This document shows, piece by piece, positions 36,888 to 44,117 of a DNA stretch of 46,258 nucleotides. Both the position numbers and the translations under genes were made by a program. The notes under the pieces are model-generated. The model did not search any database and had not been told where the DNA came from. It saw nothing but the letters and a program-made list of their open reading frames with translations. The DNA comes from a virus (Duplodnaviria > Caudoviricetes): positions 1 to 46,258 of IMG/VR virus record IMGVR_UViG_3300045996_000626, one strand, 5' to 3'. How positions within the stretch are numbered: the first letter of the stretch is position 1; every line of letters starts with the position of its first letter.

Positions 36888-37223
36888 TCAGTGGCCCTCT
36901 GCTTTGGCGATGGCGGCTGCGACACGGCAGCCAGTGGTGTGGCCAGTCGATGGTTGCCCACCACACTCGCCGCACTTGAAGCGCGGCCCGACAAACTCGA
37001 CGGCCCGCAGTGCCCGCAGCATGTCAGGCGCGGCGGCTATAAGGCGGGCGTTGGCTTCGGCCTCTGCGTGGGATGACAAGAACGGCGTACAGTGAACGAC
37101 GCTCGCCTTGTCGGCATGGATTGCGAACGAACCATCCTTGTGCATTGGGCCAACGCGCCACGGTCCCGGCGTGTGATCACCAGTGGTGAGATTGCTTAGA
37201 GTGTTGTCGGTGGTTGTCCCCAT
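36888..37223 (-). CDS. Conserved phage early protein
   Basis: HTPGPW...ANARLIAAAPDML..L, C.ECG....H..GC, AAIAKAE. Confidence 0.8.
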   Translation of the reverse strand: MGTTTDNTLSNLTTGDHTPGPWRVGPMHKDGSFAIHADKASVVHCTPFLSSHAEAEANARLIAAAPDMLRALRAVEFVGPRFKCGECGGQPSTGHTTGCRVAAAIAKAEGH

Positions 37224-37263
37224 TTCACTCTCCCCATTCGTGTGATTGCTTGGAACCAACGCG

Positions 37264-37437
37264 CTATGACGCCCTCGCGTCCATCAGTCGGCTCCAGAAA
37301 TGCGCCCGCACGAACAAGTCACGGCGAAGCGGGCCGCGAGCTTGGCGGATTGTTTTCATGTCGGCGCGAAGTAGCGTCATCTGCATTTCGCGAGGCAGAG
37401 AACGCAGCGGGTTAGATGGCGTTAGATGTTTGGTCAT
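37264..37437 (-). CDS. Hypothetical protein
   Basis: GGAG RBS before MTKHLTP... Confidence 0.5.
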   Translation of the reverse strand: MTKHLTPSNPLRSLPREMQMTLLRADMKTIRQARGPLRRDLFVRAHFWSRLMDARAS

Positions 37438-37438
37438 T

Positions 37439-37606
37439 TCACTCTCCGGTTTCGTAGTTGAACCAACTGGCTGGCTTGGCGTAGTCAGCATCGAGATACG
37501 CATCATCGAACCACTTAGGCTTGGACTTGCGTTGTGAGAGCTTGTCAGCCTTCTCCACCTCTGCGAGCCATTGGGCGATTGCTTTGTCCTCGTCTGCTGT
37601 GGTCAT
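37439..37606 (-). CDS. Hypothetical protein (55 aa)
   Basis: Not in the track; MTTADEDKAIAQWLAEVEK...; ATGA overlap. Confidence 0.55.
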   Translation of the reverse strand: MTTADEDKAIAQWLAEVEKADKLSQRKSKPKWFDDAYLDADYAKPASWFNYETGE

Positions 37607-37806
37607 GGCTGGCGCTCCGCTTTCGCGATGGCGGCGCGCATCTGTTCATTTACTTCAATGGAAAATGCGGTGAAGTAGTCCGGGTCCTGTCGCCCCACCT
37701 CGTCGGTGGCCGCCTTCAGCGCCGTCAGCAGTTCACCGTTGACTTCACGAAGCCGAAGAATCTCAGCCTTTGTCTCCCAAGCGACAATGAGTTCTGCTGG
37801 TGTCAT
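37603..37806 (-). CDS. First gene of the leftward early operon
   Basis: GGAG/AGGA RBS downstream of the leftward promoter; ELLTALK...RAAIAKAE. Confidence 0.7.
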   Translation of the reverse strand: MTPAELIVAWETKAEILRLREVNGELLTALKAATDEVGRQDPDYFTAFSIEVNEQMRAAIAKAERQP

Positions 37807-37831
37807 GTCCTGCTCCCTTGATCTATGAATG

Positions 37832-37860
37832 AAGGTAAACCCGATTTACCGGACTGTCAA
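37832..37860 (-). promoter_or_regulatory. Leftward early promoter with a 17-bp palindromic operator
   Basis: TTGACA-17-TACCTT on the minus strand; GGTAAACCCGATTTACC at 37834-37850. Confidence 0.75.
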
Positions 37861-37985
37861 CAGCAAAAACAGGCGCAAATCAAAAATAATTGTAGACCCC
37901 CAGGTAAAGGGGTGCCACCGTCGCCGCCATAATGGTTAACAAATACCGCTTTCTGAACGTCTATTCATATAATCAAATTAGGTAC

Positions 37986-37994
37986 TTATCCACA
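37986..37994 (+). promoter_or_regulatory. Consensus DnaA box
   Basis: TTATCCACA, 23 bp upstream of the rightward -35. Confidence 0.5.
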
Positions 37995-38017
37995 GGTGTG
38001 GCACCATCATCTTAGGC

Positions 38018-38048
38018 TTGACACCCTCCGGTAATCGTGTATTACCTA
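38018..38048 (+). promoter_or_regulatory. Rightward early promoter with a 17-bp palindromic operator
   Basis: TTGACA at 38018; GGTAATCGTGTATTACC at 38030-38046. Confidence 0.7.
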
Positions 38049-38053
38049 GCATT

Positions 38054-38287
38054 ATGAGCAGCAAATCACGCAGAGCCATCACCAACAAAGCCATCAAGGA
38101 AGCTGGCGGCGGTGCCTCCCTGGCGCGCAAGCTCGGCCTCGGATCGCGGCAGGCGGTTTATATGTGGAATGACATCCCGGTCGAACACGTCATCAAGGTT
38201 GAGCGGATCACCGGCATTCCGCGCGAGCAGCTTAGGCCCGACATCTATCCACCGGCGAAAGAACACGCGGAGGAATCATGCTCATAG
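38054..38287 (+). CDS. Cro-like HTH regulator (YdaS/Cro family)
   Basis: AI..AGG...LARKLG...QAVY.W..IP......ER.TGIPR..LRPDIY; no evident RBS, possibly leaderless. Confidence 0.88.
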   Translation: MSSKSRRAITNKAIKEAGGGASLARKLGLGSRQAVYMWNDIPVEHVIKVERITGIPREQLRPDIYPPAKEHAEESCS

Positions 38288-38640
38288 CGAACTGGATTCT
38301 GCTTTATGTTTGCTTGTGCCTGCTATTCTACTGGGTAGCATTTGGAGCCGTCCAGGACGGGGAATGAAGCTTGCAGGCGGGGGTTCACTGGAGTGGCCCC
38401 AGCTTTAACGCCGGACGAACAGGCCCGCTGGGAGCCTGTGCAAGACAATCCCAGCACCCTTGGAGGGGAACCCAGGGGCGTTAAGTAACAAGTAAAAACA
38501 TCACGCCTTTGGGGGGCTGATGTCGGTCCAGTTGTGTCTTGGAAAGTGCGGCTTTTGCCGCGTGCCTAGCCGCATGTCTTGTTGAGAGAACAAATGGTTA
38601 ACAAACGTTCACCGAAGTGTGGCCAATGGAGGGTGTAACA

Positions 38641-39210
38641 ATGTCACTAGTCGATAGGCAGGAAGCAGCAAAGCGGGACCATCTCGCGCGAAAAAAGCGG
38701 CTATGGGGAACGCCGTCGAACGTTGTGCCGTTCTCGCCATCCAACGATCCTCCATCGGGACAAGCGAGCAGGCCTGCTGTTGTTCCCGTCAACGATGAAA
38801 CTCAGCGATTAAAAGACGAAATCCACGGGCTATCCACACGTGTCGCGGTGCTGGAAGCAAGACTAGAAAACTTCACCAAGCAAGCAGAGCACGGCTGGCG
38901 GGCCTTCGACAAACATCCCGCCAAGGAAATCGCCACCGCCGTCGCTAAATTCTATCAAATCCGCCTGTCGGAAATGATGAGCAGGACGCGACCGCCCCAC
39001 GTCATTCGCCCCCGCCATGTCTCCTACTACTTAGCGCGGCAGCTTTCCGGCAGGGGGCTCGAAAGCATCGCCTACGCCCTGCATCGCGACCACACCTCGG
39101 TTATGCACGGCATCAAGAAGATCACGGCGGAACTGGAAACCGACACCCAACTGCAAGCGGACATTGCCGCGCTGCTCACCATCCTGGGGGAGAACCCAAA
39201 TGGGGAGTAG
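38641..39210 (+). CDS. DnaA C-terminal (domain IV) HTH protein
   Basis: IA.AVA.FY......M.S..R......PRH...YLAR.L....L..IA....RDHTSVMHG.KKI. Confidence 0.88.
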   Translation: MSLVDRQEAAKRDHLARKKRLWGTPSNVVPFSPSNDPPSGQASRPAVVPVNDETQRLKDEIHGLSTRVAVLEARLENFTKQAEHGWRAFDKHPAKEIATAVAKFYQIRLSEMMSRTRPPHVIRPRHVSYYLARQLSGRGLESIAYALHRDHTSVMHGIKKITAELETDTQLQADIAALLTILGENPNGE

Positions 39211-39655
39211 ATACGTGAACATCTGGACTGCTGACATCATCCGCGACTTGATGGCGATGACGGAGGATAAGCAGAACACCCGCGTTATCGCGGCCACCCT
39301 CTCCGAGCGTTACGGCGTTCGCATCACCCGAAACATGATTATCGGGAAGGCTCGACGCATTGGCATTGCGCTGAACTCCAACAAGTGCGGCGCGCCCAAG
39401 GGCACCCGCCGAGCCGCCAAGTCCGACAAGGACAAGCTCTTTCACTTCCGCGCTGTCTACAAGCCGAGGGAATACACGCCGGCCATTGAGCCATTGCGTG
39501 TTCCGTTCATGGAAATCCGGTTCGGCCAACAGTGCCGGGAGGTTGTCGGCACGGGTGGGGATGCTCTGGCGATCTACTGCGGTCATCCAACGGATGGGGG
39601 GTCTCCGTGGTGTCCATCTTGCCGGGATAGGAACACACAGGAGAGGGCGGCGTGA
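39200..39655 (+). CDS. gcrA: GcrA-family cell-cycle regulator homologue
   Basis: WT...I..L......IA..L......TRN.IIGK..R.G; C-terminal CR..VG.......CG.......WC..C. Confidence 0.85.
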   Translation: MGSRYVNIWTADIIRDLMAMTEDKQNTRVIAATLSERYGVRITRNMIIGKARRIGIALNSNKCGAPKGTRRAAKSDKDKLFHFRAVYKPREYTPAIEPLRVPFMEIRFGQQCREVVGTGGDALAIYCGHPTDGGSPWCPSCRDRNTQERAA

Positions 39656-39843
39656 TGAAAGTCGTCGTCACACTCAGCGATCTCGACCGAGAGAAAATTG
39701 CCGTGGAGATTTTGCGGGACAGCGCAAAGACATGTCTAAGCGTAGACCCCTCCGATGACTATGGGCGGCGCTACGCGGCGGCGGTCAACATGGTCCTCGC
39801 CCACTTTGGCGGCAAGCCCGTCCGCATCCCGAGGGCGAAATGA
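39652..39843 (+). CDS. Hypothetical protein
   Basis: Overlapping start and stop with both neighbours. Confidence 0.6.
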   Translation: MMKVVVTLSDLDREKIAVEILRDSAKTCLSVDPSDDYGRRYAAAVNMVLAHFGGKPVRIPRAK

Positions 39844-40238
39844 CCCGCCCCGTTCCAGATATTCCGTTCAAGCTACCGAACCCGGTAACGCTAACGCTTC
39901 CCTATCCACCCTCCACCAATGGGATTTGGGTTCGCACCAAGCGGGGGGGGGTGGGGAAGTCCAACGAATACAACGCATGGCTGGAGCATGTGGGCTGGGT
40001 CATCGCACAGGAAAAGCCAGCAAAGATTCCCGGCAAATACAGGCTGACCATCGAGGCCACCCGCCCGGACAAGCGCAAGCGCGACATCGACAATCTCATC
40101 AAGGCGACCAGCGATGCGCTGCAAAAGTTCAGTGTGATCGAGGATGACCATCTTTGCCAATTCGTCTCCGCCCAATGGGTCAATGGGATGTGTACCAACG
40201 AGGCGGGCATTCGCGTCACCATTGAGCCGGAGGGATAG
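39840..40238 (+). CDS. rusA: RusA Holliday junction resolvase
   Basis: LPYPPSTN..W, PDKRKRDIDN.IK...DAL....VIEDD. Confidence 0.92.
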   Translation: MTRPVPDIPFKLPNPVTLTLPYPPSTNGIWVRTKRGGVGKSNEYNAWLEHVGWVIAQEKPAKIPGKYRLTIEATRPDKRKRDIDNLIKATSDALQKFSVIEDDHLCQFVSAQWVNGMCTNEAGIRVTIEPEG

Positions 40239-40496
40239 ATGAGCGACGTGGGGGAGCTTTGGCGGCGACTGATTGCCACCAGCGACATGACACCGAATGC
40301 AGCCATGCAGTTCATTTCCGAGTGCATAGACCTTGGCATCAAGGCGGCTGCCTTTCGTGATGATGTGGAGAAGGCAAGGCGCGCCATCAACGCAGAGAAG
40401 GCAGAGGCCGAGCGCAAGATGATTCGGGAGGCCCACGGCAAGCTCCGCATTGTAGCGGACGACCAGGGACATAAGGACGAGGAGGGGGGAGAATGA
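40239..40496 (+). CDS. Hypothetical protein
   Basis: GGAGGG RBS; packed in the operon. Confidence 0.65.
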   Translation: MSDVGELWRRLIATSDMTPNAAMQFISECIDLGIKAAAFRDDVEKARRAINAEKAEAERKMIREAHGKLRIVADDQGHKDEEGGE

Positions 40497-41035
40497 GCCA
40501 GCGCGAGAGCGGTTACGAGCGGAAAGAGCGCGACCTTTACGAAACCCCTGAGTGGGTGACGGTGGCGCTGTTGCCGCATATCCGGTCGGGCATCCAAGAC
40601 GTATGGGAGCCGGCGTGCGGTTCGGGGAAGATGGTCCGCGCCCTGTCTGACGGCACTCCCTACATTGTCCGCGCTACCGACATAGCCGACGACCCGCCGC
40701 TAGACTTTCTGGAAACCGCTGGCCTCGCGGACGCGGTAATTACCAATCCGCCTTATACCCTCGCCTCTGAGTTTATTTGGCACGCATTGAAGACCACGCG
40801 AGAGCGCGGCGGCGTTGTGGCGATGCTTCTGCGGACCGATTTCGACCACGCCAAGACGCGCCTGCATCTGTTTGACCGCGAGCAGTTCGCAAAAAAGCTT
40901 GTCCTGTTGAGGCGCATTCGCTGGTTTGAGGACAGCAAGGGCTCTCCGTCCTTCAACCACGCGTGGTTCATTTGGGATTGGAAGCATAAGGGACCGCCCG
41001 CGTTGGCATACGCGACGGGGGAGGGTGGACAATGA
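40493..41035 (+). CDS. Orphan amino (N6-adenine/N4-cytosine) DNA methyltransferase
   Basis: DLYETP, WEPACGSG (SAM binding), ITNPPY (catalytic), AWFIWD. Confidence 0.88.
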   Translation: MSQRESGYERKERDLYETPEWVTVALLPHIRSGIQDVWEPACGSGKMVRALSDGTPYIVRATDIADDPPLDFLETAGLADAVITNPPYTLASEFIWHALKTTRERGGVVAMLLRTDFDHAKTRLHLFDREQFAKKLVLLRRIRWFEDSKGSPSFNHAWFIWDWKHKGPPALAYATGEGGQ

Positions 41036-41781
41036 GCCTCACACCAAAAAACTGGTCGGACTTCCAGCACTACAAAGACCGCTCGCCAATCTGGATAAAG
41101 CTGCATCGCAGCTTGCTCGATAACTATGAGTTTCACCGCTTGCCGGTTGCTAGCAGGGCGCTAGCACCAATGCTCTGGCTGCTAGCAAGTGAGTACGAGG
41201 GGGGCAAGATCACCATGTCCCTCGATGCCATCGCCTTCCGCCTCCGCATGCCGGTCGAGGAGCTATCAACTGGGCTTAAGCCTTTGATTGAAAGCGACTT
41301 CTTTAATGATGATAGCGACATGCTAGCAGGCTGCTATCACGATGCTATCCCAGAGATAGAGAGAGAGACAGAGACACAAGATAAGACAGAGACAGATATA
41401 CGGGTGGTCGCTATCGCGACGCACCCCTCTGCCGAGCAATTTGAAAAGTTCAAGGCGGCCTATCCCAAGCGAGGGGCTGCCAACCCGTGGAAGCCAGCGC
41501 TCCGCATCTTCGCGGCAGCCCTGAAACGTGGGGAGCATCCAGAAAGGATCATCGAAGGGGCTGCGGCCTATCGCGAGGAATGCGACAGGCTGAAAATCAT
41601 TGGCACCGAAAAGGTTGCCCAGGCCCAGACGTGGCTCAATCAGGACCGCTGGAAAGATTATCTCGACGGCAGCGAGGCCGATACCGCGAGGCGTGCGGAG
41701 GCTTACGCGGTGGCGGAAGCGAAGGGTTGGCGGCTGATTGAGGGCAAGTGGGTGAAGCCGGAAGCAAGTAGCGTTGCGTAA
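41032..41781 (+). CDS. Phage replication initiation protein
   Basis: KNW..FQHYKDR.P.WIKLH..LL N-terminus; FE.F..AYPKR...A.TWLNQ.RW.D C-terminus. Confidence 0.85.
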   Translation: MSLTPKNWSDFQHYKDRSPIWIKLHRSLLDNYEFHRLPVASRALAPMLWLLASEYEGGKITMSLDAIAFRLRMPVEELSTGLKPLIESDFFNDDSDMLAGCYHDAIPEIERETETQDKTETDIRVVAIATHPSAEQFEKFKAAYPKRGAANPWKPALRIFAAALKRGEHPERIIEGAAAYREECDRLKIIGTEKVAQAQTWLNQDRWKDYLDGSEADTARRAEAYAVAEAKGWRLIEGKWVKPEASSVA

Positions 41782-41817
41782 GTAAACAGGGGATTAGCGC
41801 AATGCTAGGGGGACCAA

Positions 41818-42390
41818 ATGGCAAGGCGAAAACTCAAAAAGGCCGTCACTTTAGCGGCCACAGTCAAGGGGGTTAAAACACATGACCGAAGGGCGATTGA
41901 CGTTGCGACAGGTGCGCGCGTTGCGGTTGTTATCGTTGATGACCCCTATGAACACGGGGCCAAAATTACGGTTGTCCGCAATCTCAGGCATGACCCGCTG
42001 GCGGACATGCAGAACTCCGGGCACATCGACCAGTGCCAGTATCTTGCGGGCCGGCATTGGCAGCGTGCATGGGACTTGAGCCAAGGCAAGAGCGTGAGGG
42101 CGATAGACCCGTCCAAGGAATGCGTGGATGGGGGCCAGATCGCTCAGTCCACGGTGACGGATGCACAAATCAAGGCATTTGGCGAGTTAGCCAAGGCCAT
42201 GACGGACCTTGGGATGATTGGCGAATCACTGGTCAAAGATGTGCTGGGGGAAAACCTATCGCTTTGGCAATGCGCCGTTAAGCGGGGGCAAACCTCGGAG
42301 GCGGCGCGGAAGTTCTTTGGGCAACGGTTCCGGGAATGTCTGGATACGCTGGCGGTTACGTTTGGCTATGCGGCCAAGCCATGTGGATAA
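41818..42390 (+). CDS. Putative late-gene regulator (Q-like antiterminator position)
   Basis: Last gene before a promoter plus strong terminator; DPL......G.I...QY.AG...VDGG...C-terminal HTH...RECLD.LA..FG. Confidence 0.65.
   Translation: MARRKLKKAVTLAATVKGVKTHDRRAIDVATGARVAVVIVDDPYEHGAKITVVRNLRHDPLADMQNSGHIDQCQYLAGRHWQRAWDLSQGKSVRAIDPSKECVDGGQIAQSTVTDAQIKAFGELAKAMTDLGMIGESLVKDVLGENLSLWQCAVKRGQTSEAARKFFGQRFRECLDTLAVTFGYAAKPCG
42382..42390 (-). promoter_or_regulatory. Consensus DnaA box
   Basis: TGTGGATAA, 24 bp upstream of the putative late -35. Confidence 0.45.
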
Positions 42391-42414
42391 CTCTGATAAC
42401 TCCACAATATCTAG

Positions 42415-42447
42415 TTGACTGGCTGGCCCATATGGTGTATGTAAATT
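42415..42447 (+). promoter_or_regulatory. Putative late promoter (pR'-like)
   Basis: TTGACT-17-TATGTA(AAT) immediately after the Q-like gene. Confidence 0.6.
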
Positions 42448-42495
42448 GTCATTGTTCCGAATTGCGCCTCTGCTCCAGCCGGGTTGAGGCAAAGC

Positions 42496-42535
42496 AAGAC
42501 CGATTAGCCTCACCGCTAGTCGGTCTTTTGCGTTT
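42496..42535 (+). terminator. Terminator/attenuator hairpin (tR'-like)
   Basis: 13-bp stem AAGACCGATTAGC-CTCACC-GCTAGTCGGTCTT followed by TTGCGTTT. Confidence 0.7.
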
Positions 42536-42539
42536 AGCT

Positions 42540-42598
42540 TCGCGACCCTGCGGGGATAGCGCTACGATCAGCAAAGTCCGGGCCGGCCCGGCTCGCGA
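42540..42598 (+). ncRNA. tRNA-like structured RNA element 3 (short variant)
   Basis: TCGCGA/TCGCGA closing stem, CCGG..CCGG hairpin near the 3' strand; 3' end GCCCGGCTCGCGATA resembles elements 1 and 2. Confidence 0.5.
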
Positions 42599-42605
42599 TA
42601 CCGAA

Positions 42606-42715
42606 TCAGGCGGCACTCAGTCTCCCCCCTATTATCGACGCGCCTCCAAGTTCTTATCCCTCCCTTAGACTGGATGGGCAGCGGTCCATATAGGCAAAGG
42701 TTGAGTGTCGCCTGA
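42606..42715 (+). ncRNA. Long-stem structured RNA with pyrimidine-rich interior
   Basis: 18-bp stem TCAGGCGGCACTCAGTCT/AGGTTGAGTGTCGCCTGA, fully paired on the + strand using three G-U pairs. Confidence 0.6.
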
Positions 42716-42733
42716 CACCTTCAAAGGCTCCCG

Positions 42734-42997
42734 ATGACGCCGCCATGTTCATGCAAGACGGGCCAATGCCGCGCTGACGGCGATGCGGGCTGCAAATGGC
42801 GAGCCGAGTGGAAGCGTTCTGACCCTGATGGGTACGCTGAACAGGTGTTGCGTAGCCGGATAGAGAACGAAGTTGCAGAACTAAGGCTGTGCCGCTTCGC
42901 GAAGCTGCACAGAAAGATAGAGCGTAACGAGAGGCTACGCGCAGCAATCGCTCAGGTGACCGCACAGAAGGCGGCTGCATCTTCAGAGTCAGATTGA
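42734..42997 (+). CDS. Hypothetical protein
   Basis: Cys cluster at the N-terminus followed by a helix. Confidence 0.55.
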   Translation: MTPPCSCKTGQCRADGDAGCKWRAEWKRSDPDGYAEQVLRSRIENEVAELRLCRFAKLHRKIERNERLRAAIAQVTAQKAAASSESD

Positions 42998-43002
42998 ACC
43001 TA

Positions 43003-43287
43003 ATGGCCATCATCCTCCCCTTCCCAGACCGGACACAGACCCCGAGATGCAAGCAGGAAAGGTCAGGCGAGGTTCTCATCCTGCCGGTGGTTTACAGCGA
43101 ACGCCAGTCCGCTGGCTCCACGAAAGCGGCGTTGCTCAAACCTATACCGATTATTCGGCTGTTAGAAGAACTGCCAGCCAACCGCCGCGCGAAAGTAAAG
43201 GCGCGAGCGAGGGCGCTAATCAAAAGATCATCAGCCAAGGGGAACCGGAGAAAGACCGGCACCAAGGCTGATAGCCGTCCGGCATAA
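43003..43287 (+). CDS. Hypothetical basic protein
   Basis: MAIILPFP...EVLILPVV pattern seen in alphaproteobacterial small proteins. Confidence 0.5.
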   Translation: MAIILPFPDRTQTPRCKQERSGEVLILPVVYSERQSAGSTKAALLKPIPIIRLLEELPANRRAKVKARARALIKRSSAKGNRRKTGTKADSRPA

Positions 43288-43305
43288 ATCCCGAGGCGGC
43301 TTCAA

Positions 43306-43441
43306 TTCTCGCGGAGACGCATTCGAAGCGTCCGTCAGCACCCCGGACTATAACGGGATTAAGTTGCCCGCTCTGGTCACAGCACGCGGCCTGTCGGGGA
43401 AAAACATGACCGTGCGCCGGGTAATGCCCGGCCCGCGAGAA
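43306..43441 (+). ncRNA. tRNA-like structured RNA element 2
   Basis: 9-bp closing stem TTCTCGCGG/CCGCGAGAA; GCCGG-GTAATGC-CCGGC abutting the 3' strand; 5' hairpin GACGC-ATTCGAA-GCGTC; intergenic. Confidence 0.7.
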
Positions 43442-43564
43442 CGTAATCTCCCGGAACGGGACCAAAGGCCACAGGCCAGCGACCGCACCACACTAGCTTG
43501 AATCAACAAGCTCACCGCATCGGACGCGCTGCGGGCGGGATACCAATTCACTGAGGGACGGACG

Positions 43565-43762
43565 ATGAGCGAATACGAACGCGGCTTTGCTGCTGGCTTC
43601 GAGCGCGGCTATGAGGCTGCTCGGCGGGCGGTGGGTGTGGCTACTTACCCAATGACGACAACGACAGCGCCTTACGTTGTGTCGAGCGGAAGCACCGCTC
43701 GCTATCCAGCGGACAGAGACACGCAAATTAGCTTCGGCATGAGCGAGAACGGCGTCGGATAA
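43565..43762 (+). CDS. Hypothetical protein
   Basis: GAGGG RBS; YERGF.AGFERGYE repeat. Confidence 0.6.
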   Translation: MSEYERGFAAGFERGYEAARRAVGVATYPMTTTTAPYVVSSGSTARYPADRDTQISFGMSENGVG

Positions 43763-43941
43763 TGACCGCACGGCAACGGGCTGCTGAGGCCTGGGTTGAA
43801 TACATGGCCAGCAAGAACGACGCCATCGTCACCAACAGCATTGCCGATATTTTCTATAGCAGGATTCAATTAGCGGTCTGGTTCGATGCCTGCGAGGACA
43901 TCCTGAAACAGGAGCACGTTTCATTGAGCCGCAGCAAATGA
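43762..43941 (+). CDS. Hypothetical protein (59 aa)
   Basis: Not in the track; coupled at both ends; MTARQRAAEAWVEY... Confidence 0.55.
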   Translation: MTARQRAAEAWVEYMASKNDAIVTNSIADIFYSRIQLAVWFDACEDILKQEHVSLSRSK

Positions 43942-44117
43942 GGTACGAGGTCTACAAAACAGGCTGGTTCCGCAAGGAATGGCGCTGGAAGTTCATTAGC
44001 TCCAATGGCCGCACTATCGCGGTATCGAGCGAGGGCTACAAGAATTTCATTGATTGCCTGCGAAGCATGGACATCATGAGGGGCAGCACCAACGCCCCGG
44101 AACACGTGACCCACTGA
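43938..44117 (+). CDS. YegP/DUF1508-family protein
   Basis: Not in the track; MRYEVYK....KEWRWKFISSNGRTIAVSSEGYKNFIDCLRSM. Confidence 0.8.
   Translation: MRYEVYKTGWFRKEWRWKFISSNGRTIAVSSEGYKNFIDCLRSMDIMRGSTNAPEHVTH

Noticed and set aside
38400-38486. Hammerhead or HDV-like ribozyme
   Set aside because: Conserved catalytic cores (CUGANGA/GAAA or the HDV nested pseudoknot) were not found by eye.
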